Positions 25,773-35,221 of a DNA stretch of 64,000 nucleotides are shown here, one piece after another. Position 1 is the first letter of the stretch. Each line of letters starts with the position of its first letter. Origin of the DNA: Eubacteriales bacterium (GTDB taxonomy: Bacteria > Bacillota > Clostridia > Oscillospirales > QAKW01); assembly GCA_045544995.1 (NCBI GenBank), contig JAZQAE010000119.1, forward strand, positions 1,857 to 65,856, written 5' to 3'. The notes beneath the pieces were generated by a model. It had not been told where the DNA came from, did no database searches, and worked only from the letters and a program-made list of their open reading frames with translations. The position numbers and the translations under genes are program-made.

Positions 25773-27017
25773 ATGCTTTTAGAAAAGAACATGGATTTTA
25801 TTAAAGAGATGGACGCTGAGGTGGGTGCCGCCATTCAGGCGGAGTATCAGCGCCAGCAAGACGGCATCGAGCTGATCGCCTCGGAGAACTTTGCTTCTCC
25901 TGCGGTGATGGCGGCGATGGGTACCGTCCTCACCAATAAATATGCCGAAGGCTATCCGGCAAAGCGTTACTACGGCGGGTGCCATTGCGTGGACGTAGTG
26001 GAGGAATTGGCACGCAAGCGTGCTTGTGAGCTCTTCGGTGCAGAGCACGCCAACGTCCAGCCCCATAGCGGTGCCCAGGCAAATATGGCAGTCTACTTTG
26101 CTTTCCTGAAGCCCGGCGATACCGTTCTGGGTATGAGCCTGGCTCATGGCGGACATCTGACCCACGGCAGTCCGGTGAATATGTCCGGTGCGTTCTTTAA
26201 TTTCGTTCCCTACGGCGTTTCTGCCGAAACCGGTCGGATCGACTATGAAGAACTGGAAAAGCTGGCAAAAGAGCATCAGCCCAAACTGATCGTGGCCGGT
26301 GCATCTGCTTATCCCCGTACCATTGATTTTGAAAAGATCAGCAAGATCGCCAAGAGCGTAGGCGCACTCTTTATGGTGGATATGGCTCATATCGCAGGTC
26401 TGGTGGCGGCAGGGCTGCATCCCTCTCCTGTTCCTTATGCAGATGTCGTGACCACCACCACCCATAAGACCCTGCGCGGTCCCCGTGGCGGTATGATCCT
26501 TTGTAAAGAAGAGTATGCCAAGGCCATCGATAAGGCGATCTTCCCCGGTACGCAGGGCGGTCCCCTGGAGCATATCATCGCCGCTAAGGCAGTCTGCTTG
26601 GGTGAGGCACTGAAGCCGGAATTCAAGGAGTATCAGAAGCAGGTCATCGCCAACGCTAAGGCGCTGGAGAAGAAACTTTTGGCAGAGGGCGTGAACCTGG
26701 TATCCGGCGGTACGGATAACCATCTGCTCCTTTTGGATCTCAGAACCAACGGCATTACCGGTAAGGAACTGGAGCGTCGGTTGGATGAGGTGCATATCAC
26801 CGCCAATAAAAATGCTATCCCCGATGATCCCGAGAAGCCCTTTGTGACCAGCGGAATCCGTGTGGGTGCTCCTGCGGTCACCACCCGTGGCTTCAAGGAA
26901 GCGGAGATGGAAAAGATCGGCGGATGGATCAAAGACGTCATTACAGATTTTGAGGGGAATAAAGAACGTGTTCTGGCCGAGGTGTTGGAGCTTTGCAAGA
27001 AATTCCCTCTCTATTAA
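25773..27017 (+). CDS. glyA: serine hydroxymethyltransferase
   Basis: [22 protein letters not shown] (PLP lysine). Confidence 0.97.
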   Translation: MLLEKNMDFIKEMDAEVGAAIQAEYQRQQDGIELIASENFASPAVMAAMGTVLTNKYAEGYPAKRYYGGCHCVDVVEELARKRACELFGAEHANVQPHSGAQANMAVYFAFLKPGDTVLGMSLAHGGHLTHGSPVNMSGAFFNFVPYGVSAETGRIDYEELEKLAKEHQPKLIVAGASAYPRTIDFEKISKIAKSVGALFMVDMAHIAGLVAAGLHPSPVPYADVVTTTTHKTLRGPRGGMILCKEEYAKAIDKAIFPGTQGGPLEHIIAAKAVCLGEALKPEFKEYQKQVIANAKALEKKLLAEGVNLVSGGTDNHLLLLDLRTNGITGKELERRLDEVHITANKNAIPDDPEKPFVTSGIRVGAPAVTTRGFKEAEMEKIGGWIKDVITDFEGNKERVLAEVLELCKKFPLY

Positions 27018-27029
27018 GGAGTTTTTCAG

Positions 27030-27512
27030 GTGAATAAGAAACTTTTGAAATTATTGAATAAAAATGCCCGTTATTCTTTGGAGGAACTGGCGGTTATGGC
27101 CGGAATCTCTGTGGAAGAGGCGGCAGAAGGCCTGGACGAACTGGAAAAAAGCGGAATCGTCCGTGGCTATAAGCCGGTCATCGACTGGGAACGGGTGGAC
27201 GAAGCCAACGTTTCGGCTTTGATCGAATTGAAGGTCACCCCCAAGGCCGGCCGCGGCTTCGAAGAGGTGGCTGAAAAGGTGATGAAGTATCCGGAGGTAG
27301 AGAGCGTTTATCTCATGTCCGGCGGCTATGACCTTTGCGTGATCGTTAAGGGTAAGACCTTCCAGGGTGTTGCCATGTTCGTTGCCAAGGAGCTTTCTAC
27401 CTTGGAGAATGTTAATTCTACCGCTACGCACTTTGTACTCCGGCGTTACAAAGAGTTGGACGTGGAACTCTGCGATGCAGAGCCGGATGATCGGGGTCTC
27501 TTCTCCCTCTGA
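27030..27512 (+). CDS. Lrp/AsnC-family transcriptional regulator
   Basis: N-terminal HTH (LLNKNARYSLEELAVMAGIS) plus an AsnC-type ligand domain. GTG start. Confidence 0.85.
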   Translation: MNKKLLKLLNKNARYSLEELAVMAGISVEEAAEGLDELEKSGIVRGYKPVIDWERVDEANVSALIELKVTPKAGRGFEEVAEKVMKYPEVESVYLMSGGYDLCVIVKGKTFQGVAMFVAKELSTLENVNSTATHFVLRRYKELDVELCDAEPDDRGLFSL

Positions 27513-28678
27513 TGGACTATAATAAATTGCTTAATCCGGAGGTGCTGAAGATTCAGCCTTCCAGCATCCGTAAGTTTTTTGATCTTGCGGAAACGATGCA
27601 GGACGTCATCTCTCTGGGTGTGGGTGAGCCGGATTTTCCCACCCCCTGGCAGATTCGCAAGGCCGGCATTCTCTCCTTGGAAGAGGGGAAGACCCGTTAT
27701 TCTTCCAATTCCGGGTTGCAGGCTCTGCGTGAGACCATTGCCTCGTATCTGAAACGTAAATATGAATTAAGCTATGATCCCCTTGCGGAGATCTTGGTGA
27801 CGGTAGGCGGAAGCGAAGCCATCGACGGATGTATCCGTGCGGTGGTCTCTCCCGGGGAGGAAGTCATTATCCCTCAGCCCAGCTACGTCTGCTATGAGCC
27901 GATTACCCGTCTGGCCGGGGGTGTTCCGGTCATTATCGAGACCAAAGCGGAGGATCAATTTAAACTGACCTCGGAAGCCTTGAAGGCGGCTATCACCCCG
28001 AAAACAAAATTATTGATCCTGCCTTATCCCTGTAACCCCACCGGGGCTATCATGGAACGGGAAGATCTGGAAAGAATCGCAGAAGTCCTTCGGGGAACGG
28101 ATATTTTAGTCCTCTCGGATGAGATCTATGCCGAATTGACCTTTGGCGGAAAACGCCACGTTTCCATCGCTTCCTTGCCCGGAATGCGGGAGAGAACGTT
28201 GGTGGTCAACGGATTTTCCAAGGCGTTTTCTATGACCGGTTGGCGGCTTGGCTATGCTTGCGGTCCGCAGGAGATCCTCTCTCAGGTGACCAAGATCCAT
28301 CAGTTTGCCATTATGTGTGCGCCTACCACGTCTCAGTATGCGGCGGTGGCGGCGATGACCGTTTGCGACGATGCGGTGGCGGAGATGGCGGAGGAATACG
28401 ATGCCAGACGCCGCTTGATCGTGGATGGATTTAATAAATTAGGGTTGACCTGTCGGGATCCCAAGGGTGCTTTTTATGCTTTTCCGTCCATTCAAAAGAC
28501 CGGACTCACCAGTGAGGAATTCTGCCAGCAGCTTTTGGAGAAAAAGCACGTGGCGGTGGTTCCCGGCCCGGCCTTTGGTCAAGGCGGAGAAGGGTTTATC
28601 CGTGCGTCCTACTGTTATTCTACGGCGCATATCAAAGAAGCCCTCAAGCGCATCGGCGAATTTTTAGAAGAATTATAA
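27512..28678 (+). CDS. class I/II PLP-dependent aminotransferase
   Basis: LGVGEPDF, PCNPTG and NGFSKAFSMTGWRLGY (PLP lysine). Confidence 0.9.
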   Translation: MDYNKLLNPEVLKIQPSSIRKFFDLAETMQDVISLGVGEPDFPTPWQIRKAGILSLEEGKTRYSSNSGLQALRETIASYLKRKYELSYDPLAEILVTVGGSEAIDGCIRAVVSPGEEVIIPQPSYVCYEPITRLAGGVPVIIETKAEDQFKLTSEALKAAITPKTKLLILPYPCNPTGAIMEREDLERIAEVLRGTDILVLSDEIYAELTFGGKRHVSIASLPGMRERTLVVNGFSKAFSMTGWRLGYACGPQEILSQVTKIHQFAIMCAPTTSQYAAVAAMTVCDDAVAEMAEEYDARRRLIVDGFNKLGLTCRDPKGAFYAFPSIQKTGLTSEEFCQQLLEKKHVAVVPGPAFGQGGEGFIRASYCYSTAHIKEALKRIGEFLEEL

Positions 28679-28683
28679 TTTAA

Positions 28684-28710
28684 AAAGACGGTTGCATCGC
28701 AACCGTCTTT
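28684..28710. terminator. bidirectional terminator between convergent genes
   Basis: aaagacggttgc atc gcaaccgtcttt, with A/T runs on both sides. Confidence 0.75.
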
Positions 28711-28712
28711 CT

Positions 28713-29492
28713 TTATAATTCTTCGGTCATGCCGTCGTGGCAGATGAGGATGGAGAGGGTGTCGGACGCATATTCTTTCGTCAAGGCTTCTGCAGCGCCA
28801 CGGTCCCCTAAAATCTCCCGACCGTGGTGGTTGAAACGCAACCGATCCACATTCTTTCCTGCGATATATTGGCAGACGTCTTCTACCTTATGATGTCCGG
28901 TCTCCATGATCAAAAGATCGCAATGCTCTCCGAGTAAGGATTCCAGTTCCGTCGGTTTTTTGACGTCGCCGGAAAAGACGACCCGTTTTCCCTCCGCCTC
29001 GATCAGGAAGGAGTAGGAATGCCAACCCTTGGAGCCATCTTCCCTAAGATGGGTATTATGCAGGGCAGTGATCCGTACGTTTTCATCCTCATAGAGCAGT
29101 CCGTCCGCCATTTCGTGTTCCTTTAATTCAAAGCGGAAGGGGGCGGTGAAGCCACAGCTTGTTACAGCTTTTACCGCCTCTAAGAGTTTGAGGCCGGGGA
29201 AGAAGACTTCCAAGGTGTTCTCGTGGATCAGTTTTTTATCATATTGACGGTTTAGTTTATTCATGACGGAGAACAGGTTGGCCAGACCTCCAATATGGTC
29301 AATGTGGGGATGGGAAACGAAGAGAACGCGGGTCTTCATAATATCCAAGCCCATATTATAGGCGGTGTGACTGCAACATTCACCGGCATCAAACCAGTAG
29401 AAGCAATCGTGGACTTCAATAATTAAAGAACAATGGTGGGTACCGGGCATCGGTTCCGTACCGGAACAGGTACCGAGAAAATGAATTTTCAT
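28713..29492 (-). CDS. MBL-fold metallo-hydrolase
   Basis: SHPHIDHIGG (HxHxDH) motif. ATG 9 nt after aaggag. Confidence 0.85.
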   Translation of the reverse strand: MKIHFLGTCSGTEPMPGTHHCSLIIEVHDCFYWFDAGECCSHTAYNMGLDIMKTRVLFVSHPHIDHIGGLANLFSVMNKLNRQYDKKLIHENTLEVFFPGLKLLEAVKAVTSCGFTAPFRFELKEHEMADGLLYEDENVRITALHNTHLREDGSKGWHSYSFLIEAEGKRVVFSGDVKKPTELESLLGEHCDLLIMETGHHKVEDVCQYIAGKNVDRLRFNHHGREILGDRGAAEALTKEYASDTLSILICHDGMTEEL

Positions 29493-29563
29493 GGTGATCA
29501 ACTCCTTTATAACATTTTATCATACCAAAAGAAAAATACAATAGAATTTTTTGCCGAAAAAAG

Positions 29564-29592
29564 TTGCAAAGCCTCGATAAATGTGGTATTAT
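29564..29592 (+). promoter_or_regulatory. sigma-A promoter for the ZIP transporter gene
   Basis: TTGCAA, 17-nt spacer, TATTAT, with a TG extended -10. Confidence 0.5.
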
Positions 29593-29620
29593 CTGCATAC
29601 AAAAGAGAAAGGATGTAACG

Positions 29621-30460
29621 ATGAGTAGCATAGAAGCGTTATTGATCACCACAGCAATTGCAGGGGTTGTGGGAACCGGGCTCGGCGGTTTGATCGGTGC
29701 TCTGCTCCAAAAAGAGTCCAACCGTACCGTCAGCCTGTTGCTGAGTTTTGCGGCCGGGGTGATGCTGAGTGTGGTCTGTTTTGACCTTGTGGTGGAAGCA
29801 ATCGAAACCAATACCGGTATCTTTACCGTAATTTTATCCATTGCATTGGGCGTTGCGGTTACCTTTTTACTGAATTATATCATTGACCGCAAGACGGCTC
29901 CTGAAATCGAGCATCTCGATGAAAACCATCCCAAGACCGCTGACCATCTAAATGAATTGATCCATAGCGACCATTGGGAGCATCACGCAGGAAAAAATGA
30001 TACGAAGCTTTCCCTCTTTGTGGCCGGTATCGTAATGGCTTGCGCTATCGCCCTTCATAACGTGCCGGAGGGAATGACCATCGGTGCCTCTTATGCGGTG
30101 GAAGACGTGGTGTTTGGAGGAGCATCTCTTGTGTTGGCAATTCTCATTGGTTTACATAATATCCCGGAAGGAATGGCAGTCTCTGTGCCCCTTATCACCG
30201 GAGGAATGAAGAAGACCAAAGCCGTCTTGATTACAGCCTCCACCGGCATCCCCACCATCTTGGGTGCCTTGTTTGGCTTTTGGCTCGGTGAGATCGGACC
30301 TTTGGGTCTGACGCTTAGTTTGGGATTCGCCAGCGGTGCTATGCTCTACGTGGTGTTCGGTGAGATCTTACCGCAGTCGATCTTGATGTATCATAGCAAA
30401 GCCCCTGCTTTTTCGGCCATCGTGGGAATGTTGGTTGGCTTGCTGATCATCTTTGTGTGA
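29621..30460 (+). CDS. ZIP-family divalent metal transporter (ZupT-like)
   Basis: Repeated HNVPEGM / HNIPEGMAV motifs. Multi-TM. His-rich loop. Confidence 0.85.
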   Translation: MSSIEALLITTAIAGVVGTGLGGLIGALLQKESNRTVSLLLSFAAGVMLSVVCFDLVVEAIETNTGIFTVILSIALGVAVTFLLNYIIDRKTAPEIEHLDENHPKTADHLNELIHSDHWEHHAGKNDTKLSLFVAGIVMACAIALHNVPEGMTIGASYAVEDVVFGGASLVLAILIGLHNIPEGMAVSVPLITGGMKKTKAVLITASTGIPTILGALFGFWLGEIGPLGLTLSLGFASGAMLYVVFGEILPQSILMYHSKAPAFSAIVGMLVGLLIIFV

Positions 30461-30476
30461 TTTCGAGGGTTTGAAT

Positions 30477-30953
30477 ATGTTCAGAGAAGTTGCCAGAAAA
30501 AAGCAAAGCTTGGATCGGCCTCGGATCATTGAGATTCTGAAGCAGGAAAAACGAGGTGTTTTGTCGGTCCACGGGGAAGACGGTTATCCTTACGGGTTGC
30601 CGATCAATTATTGGTATAACGAAGAAAATGGCTATCTTTATTTCCACAGTGGAAAAACCGGTCATAAGGTCGATGCGATCCATGCAGATCATAAAGTTTC
30701 CTTCTGTGTCTATGATGAAGGCTTCAGAAGAGACGGAGAATGGGCGTTAAATATCAGCAGTGTGGTAGTTTTCGGAAAGATGTACCCGGTAGAAGATACG
30801 GAAAAGGCAACGGAGATCTTCCGTCGCCTGAGTCTGAAGTTTACCTCGGATCTGGACTATATTGAGGGGGAAATAAAGCAATTTGCTAAAGCTACGCTTT
30901 GCTATGAGCTTCGTCCCGATCATATCACGGGAAAGATCGTGAATGAATCATAA
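30477..30953 (+). CDS. pyridoxamine 5'-phosphate oxidase-family (FMN-binding split barrel) protein
   Basis: GVLSVHGEDGYPYGLPINY...YFHSGKTGHK pattern. Confidence 0.8.
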   Translation: MFREVARKKQSLDRPRIIEILKQEKRGVLSVHGEDGYPYGLPINYWYNEENGYLYFHSGKTGHKVDAIHADHKVSFCVYDEGFRRDGEWALNISSVVVFGKMYPVEDTEKATEIFRRLSLKFTSDLDYIEGEIKQFAKATLCYELRPDHITGKIVNES

Positions 30954-30962
30954 AAAATAATG

Positions 30963-31048
30963 AACTGCCACCGGGTAGTGTAATGCAAAAAGCATTCGTT
31001 TACACATCGTTAGGTCTTTGAAGATGTGTATGCGGATGCTTCTTTTTT
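30963..31048 (+). promoter_or_regulatory. conserved structured leader (terminator/antiterminator) upstream of pnuC copy 2
   Basis: Small hairpin ctgcc/ggtag. Hairpin aatgc(30982-6)/gcatt(30992-6) competes with a long terminator stem gcattcg+tacacatc / gatgtgta+cggatgc, followed by ttcttttt. Confidence 0.6.
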
Positions 31049-31061
31049 AGGAGGAATGAAG

Positions 31062-31739
31062 GTGAAATACTATTTTTCAAAATTGGAGATCATGTTATGG
31101 AGCTCGTCCGTAGGGGTGATCCTTTTGTCTTTTTGCATTTTTGACAGAGAAAACTATCTCACGTTAACCGCATCGCTCATTGGGGTGACGTCGCTGATTT
31201 TTAATGCAAAAGGCAATCCTTTTGGTCAATTATTAATGGTCGTGTTCAGTGTGCTGTATGGCGTGATCTCCTATACCTTTTCCTATTACGGGGAAATGAT
31301 TACCTATCTGGGCATGACCATGCCGATGGCGATCTTGGCATTGATCTCTTGGCTGAGAAATCCCTATGATGGGAATAAAGCGGAAGTCAAGGTTAATACC
31401 ATCGGTAAGAGGGAGACGGGATGGATGTGGATCCTTACCGTGGGAGTGACGCTCCTCTTTTACTTTATTTTAGCCCATTTCAATACCGCCAACCTTATTC
31501 CAAGCACCCTCTCGGTTACGACCAGTTTTCTTGCAGTGTATCTGACTTTTCGCAGAAGCCCCTATTTTGCATTGGCTTATGCGGCGAACGACGTTGTTTT
31601 GATCGTCTTATGGGTCCTCGCCAGTGCGACGAATATGCGATATCTTTCCGTTGTGGTCTGTTTTGTGGCATTCCTTTTTAATGATATTTACGGATATGTC
31701 AGTTGGCAGAAGATGAAAAATCGGCAGAATAAAAAATAG
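31062..31739 (+). CDS. pnuC: PnuC-family transporter, copy 2
   Basis: About 73% aa identity by eye to copy 1. GTG start 7 nt after aggagg. Confidence 0.85.
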   Translation: MKYYFSKLEIMLWSSSVGVILLSFCIFDRENYLTLTASLIGVTSLIFNAKGNPFGQLLMVVFSVLYGVISYTFSYYGEMITYLGMTMPMAILALISWLRNPYDGNKAEVKVNTIGKRETGWMWILTVGVTLLFYFILAHFNTANLIPSTLSVTTSFLAVYLTFRRSPYFALAYAANDVVLIVLWVLASATNMRYLSVVVCFVAFLFNDIYGYVSWQKMKNRQNKK

Positions 31740-31763
31740 CACCCCGAAGGGTGCTATTTTTTT
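31737..31763 (+). terminator. rho-independent terminator
   Basis: tagcaccc cgaa gggtgcta followed by ttttttt. Confidence 0.8.
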
Positions 31764-31778
31764 GGTGCGGGCGACAGG
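31763..31778 (-). repeat. duplicated 3' end of tRNA-Leu (att-like direct repeat)
   Basis: tggtgcgggcgacagg is identical to 31968-31983. The match extends into the preceding T-run and a similar hairpin. Confidence 0.7.
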
Positions 31779-31933
31779 CCCCGCCTTGCTTCGCAATGCT
31801 GACTGCTTGCCGACCGCTCCGCACTGCTCGCAGTACCCGGCTACGCACCTCGTTGCTAAAAAACAGTCGCACCGGACTGTTTTTCTTAACGCAACGAGCC
31901 TTCTTAAGGTTCAAGTCCTTCCCGATTCAACAC

Positions 31934-31960
31934 AAAACAAAACACCCCCAAAGGGGTGTT
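31934..31960 (-). terminator. terminator after tRNA-Leu
   Basis: acacccc tttg ggggtgt followed by ttttgtttt on the minus strand. Confidence 0.7.
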
Positions 31961-31967
31961 TTTATTT

Positions 31968-32050
31968 TGGTGCGGGCGACAGGACTTGAACCTGCACGCT
32001 TTGGGCAATAGATCCTAAATCTATCGTGTCTGCCATTCCACCACGCCCGC
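31968..32050 (-). tRNA. tRNA-Leu (anticodon UAG), long variable arm
   Basis: Hand-folded: GCGGGCG acceptor stem, anticodon loop UUUAGGA, long extra arm, GGTTCAAGTCC T-arm, CCA. Confidence 0.93.
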
Positions 32051-32218
32051 GCATATAAAATTGTAGATTAAAAGAGATTGTACAACAAGACGTTTGCAAC
32101 ATCGAAAAATTCGTCGCAAGCCGTTGTTTGCTCGATATTTTCCGTGTTGCGGCACCTGCTAATTTGCATAGCCTGTTTATTGTATCGCTTTCTAAGTGGT
32201 TTGTCAAGTTTATTGTTA

Positions 32219-32237
32219 TTACGAAAAAGTTTCGTAA
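32219..32237. promoter_or_regulatory. 19-bp palindrome, candidate repressor operator
   Basis: TTACGAAA-aag-TTTCGTAA, about 70 nt upstream of the 32306 start. Confidence 0.35.
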
Positions 32238-32305
32238 CCGTTTTTATTGAAAAGAAAAAAGGGGCGTGATAAGATTTTAGTATAATCATTATAAAATGAA
32301 GGAGC

Positions 32306-33802
32306 ATGGCGATGAGCAAGTTTTTAGTCGGCTGGGCGGAAGAGAGCCTAGTACCCGAGAAAAAGGTTTCCATTCCCGGCCAGTTTTATGAGCGTATTTC
32401 TGAATATGTGGAAGATCCCATCTCCGCTACAGCGATGGCAGTAGAGTCCGGGGATCAGCAGGCAATTTTTGTTTCCTGTGACTTGACCGGCTTGGGTTCG
32501 ACTATGGTTCCGGCGGTGCGCAAGGAGTTTGCGAAGTTGACCGATGAGGTGGATCCGCAAAAACTGATTATCAACTGTACCCATACCCATACTTCTGTTG
32601 GATTTACTTTGCACGCTGTTCCTTTGGGACAGAATATTCTGGAGGAGTTCCTGCCGGAAGGCGCCCATTATGAAGAACTGGTCAAGGTCAACGAGGAAGT
32701 CATCAGCAGAGCGGAAGCATTGACATTCCTTTCCAAGCGGATCGCTTTGGCGGCCTATAAAGCTTGGCAGAACCGTGAAGAGGCAATGTATGCCAACGGG
32801 TTTGGCCGTGCGGTGGTCGGCTTCTGCCGTCGTGTTGTTTATGACGATGGTACTGCTCAGATGTGGGGCGATACCAATACCGCCAACTTTGAGGCGATGG
32901 AAGGCGGAAACGACTCCGGGGTAGAGCTTCTTTATATGTTCAATAAAGAGAAGAAATTGACCGGCGTTGTGGCCAATATTGCTTGCCCTTCCCAGATTTT
33001 GGAACATCGCAGTTTTCTTTCTGCCGACTATTGGGGCAAGGTAAAGGAAAACCTGCGGAAAGAGTGGGGCAACCATATTTATCTTTTGGCCCTCGGTGGA
33101 GCCGGCGGCGACCAGTGCCCCAGAGACCTGGTGCGTTGGGTAGAGCCGGAGACCCCCATCAACGACCCTAATATCAAGCGTCCCGACGTGATTGATCGGG
33201 TGGCAGACCCCTCTATGTTCGACCTTTCCGGCTGCCGTCGGGTGGGTAAGAGAGTGGCGCATGAGATCATCGACGTTTTTGAGGAACTGGGCGAGCCGAA
33301 AGCCGAGCCCATCTTCAAGCATGAGGTTTATACCTTGGATCTCCCGCTCCGCAAGGCTACCATCACCCAGTATAATGAGGCGGTTCGTGAGATCGAGCTT
33401 TACATAGCAAAGAATAGTAAGAAAAAAGCCTTTAATTATGTGGATAAAGCGGCGCTTCACGTGCAGACCGGTCTGATCGCCCGTTACCGTCAGCAACATA
33501 ATCAGGAGACCGTCCCCACCGAGGTACACATTCTGCGGCTGGGCGACGTAGCCTTTGCCACTAACCCCTTTGAATTGTTCCTGGATTACGGCAACCGTAT
33601 CAAAGCACGCAGCCGTGCCAAGCAGACCTTTATTACCCAGCTTTGCTGCGGCGGTCTTGGCTATCTGCCTACTGAAAAAGCAGAAAAAGGCGGTCACTAC
33701 AGCGCCTATATTTCCAGCGGTAACGTGGGTCATATCGGCGGCGACCAGCTGGTGCGGAAATCTGTCCAAGAGATCAATAAACTTTTTGAGGAGGAAGAAT
33801 AA
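32306..33802 (+). CDS. neutral-ceramidase-superfamily-like hydrolase (function unknown)
   Basis: CTHTHTSVG resembles the His-x-His metal motif of the ceramidase_alk fold. A 498-aa soluble protein. Confidence 0.55.
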   Translation: MAMSKFLVGWAEESLVPEKKVSIPGQFYERISEYVEDPISATAMAVESGDQQAIFVSCDLTGLGSTMVPAVRKEFAKLTDEVDPQKLIINCTHTHTSVGFTLHAVPLGQNILEEFLPEGAHYEELVKVNEEVISRAEALTFLSKRIALAAYKAWQNREEAMYANGFGRAVVGFCRRVVYDDGTAQMWGDTNTANFEAMEGGNDSGVELLYMFNKEKKLTGVVANIACPSQILEHRSFLSADYWGKVKENLRKEWGNHIYLLALGGAGGDQCPRDLVRWVEPETPINDPNIKRPDVIDRVADPSMFDLSGCRRVGKRVAHEIIDVFEELGEPKAEPIFKHEVYTLDLPLRKATITQYNEAVREIELYIAKNSKKKAFNYVDKAALHVQTGLIARYRQQHNQETVPTEVHILRLGDVAFATNPFELFLDYGNRIKARSRAKQTFITQLCCGGLGYLPTEKAEKGGHYSAYISSGNVGHIGGDQLVRKSVQEINKLFEEEE

Positions 33803-35145
33803 TGAGAGCAGCATTCGTTGGCTTCGGTGAGGTCAATACCCCCATCGACATTATTATTAATAAATGCAAAGGCGCAGAAGAAGCCTTGAAAAAGGAAGGC
33901 TTAGACCTTTTGAGCGTCTATCCTGTAACCGATGATTACGAAGAAAAGGATATTAAGAAAGCTGTCGCTGCTTTGGAGAATCAAAGCTTTGACGTGCTGA
34001 TCTGTTGTATCGCCGGCTGGATCCCCACCCACGCCGTCGTGAAGGTGACGGAGCATTTTCGTCATAAGCCGATGGTGCTTTGGGGTCTTTGCGGCTGGAC
34101 AGAGGGCGATCGTCTGGTAACTACCGCCGATCAGGCCGGTACCACCGCTCTCAGAAAGACCTTCTACGATCTGGGCTATGATTTCAAGTATATCTATGAT
34201 ATTATCGGTCTTCCCACCAACTCCAAAAAGGTCTATCGCTATGCCGTAGCGGCTGCCGCCAAAGCAAAATTGCGTCATGCCCGTGCCGGCCAGGCCGGTT
34301 ACCGGGATATGAACCTGTACGGCACCCTTTATGACGGCGGTTCTCTCAAGAGAGAGATCGGCCCCGAGATCGAGACCTTTGAAATGCTGGAGATCGAGCA
34401 ACGGTATCAAAAGCTGACCGAGGCCGAGATTCAAAAAGTCATCGACGAATGTATGTCCAAGTGGAATTTCCTGAAACCTGCCAATCCCGAAAGTATGAAA
34501 AAAGCGGCTGGCTATTACTTGGCTATCAAGTCCATCTGTGATGAGCGGGGCTATGATGCCATCTCTCTTAAAGACGTAGACGGCATGAAGAAACTTTTGG
34601 GCTTTCCTCCGGCACCCATCTTTATGCTTTTGGCCGATGAGGCCGGTCTTTGCACCGTACCGGAGAATGACTCTCTCGGCAATATTACCCAGTTGATGGT
34701 TAAATATCTGACCGGCCAGTGTGCCTTCTATCTGGAGTTCTATGAGTTCTTCCAGGATCGGGTTCTGGCAGGCGTACCGGACTACGTTCCGGCCGAAGTG
34801 GTAGACGGTCAGGTGACCGTCATGCCGGCAGCCTTCGGCGAACTTTCCGAGGGTATTCTGAACGTCAGCAAGGTCAAGACCGGAACGGTTACCATGTGCC
34901 GTCTGACCTGTATTGACGGTGTTTATTATATGCATATGGTCAAGGGTGAGGGCATCACTCCCCGGAAGTGGGAAGAAGCCGGATGGACTCAACCTGCTCC
35001 CCAGCTCCCCGGTCTGGAGATCCTTCTGGACGACGTGGAGGACTTTGCAGAGAAGGTGATGTGCCAGCATTATATCATCTCTTATGGTGATAATACCGAG
35101 ATCATCACGGATCTTTGCAATATGCTGGGCATCGAGATCATCTAA
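33802..35145 (+). CDS. L-fucose/L-arabinose isomerase-family-like protein
   Basis: Size and N-terminal FVGFGEVNTP...swivel-like layout resemble the FucI/AraA superfamily. Start overlaps the upstream stop codon. Confidence 0.6.
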   Translation: MRAAFVGFGEVNTPIDIIINKCKGAEEALKKEGLDLLSVYPVTDDYEEKDIKKAVAALENQSFDVLICCIAGWIPTHAVVKVTEHFRHKPMVLWGLCGWTEGDRLVTTADQAGTTALRKTFYDLGYDFKYIYDIIGLPTNSKKVYRYAVAAAAKAKLRHARAGQAGYRDMNLYGTLYDGGSLKREIGPEIETFEMLEIEQRYQKLTEAEIQKVIDECMSKWNFLKPANPESMKKAAGYYLAIKSICDERGYDAISLKDVDGMKKLLGFPPAPIFMLLADEAGLCTVPENDSLGNITQLMVKYLTGQCAFYLEFYEFFQDRVLAGVPDYVPAEVVDGQVTVMPAAFGELSEGILNVSKVKTGTVTMCRLTCIDGVYYMHMVKGEGITPRKWEEAGWTQPAPQLPGLEILLDDVEDFAEKVMCQHYIISYGDNTEIITDLCNMLGIEII

Positions 35146-35157
35146 AATTTCAAAAAA

Positions 35158-35191
35158 TGCAGAAAATCCATTGGATTTTCTGCATTTTTTC
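35158..35191 (+). terminator. rho-independent terminator
   Basis: 12-bp stem tgcagaaaatcc / ggattttctgca followed by tttttt. Confidence 0.8.
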
Positions 35192-35221
35192 TTTATAATA
35201 GAGATATAGGAGGAATGAACC

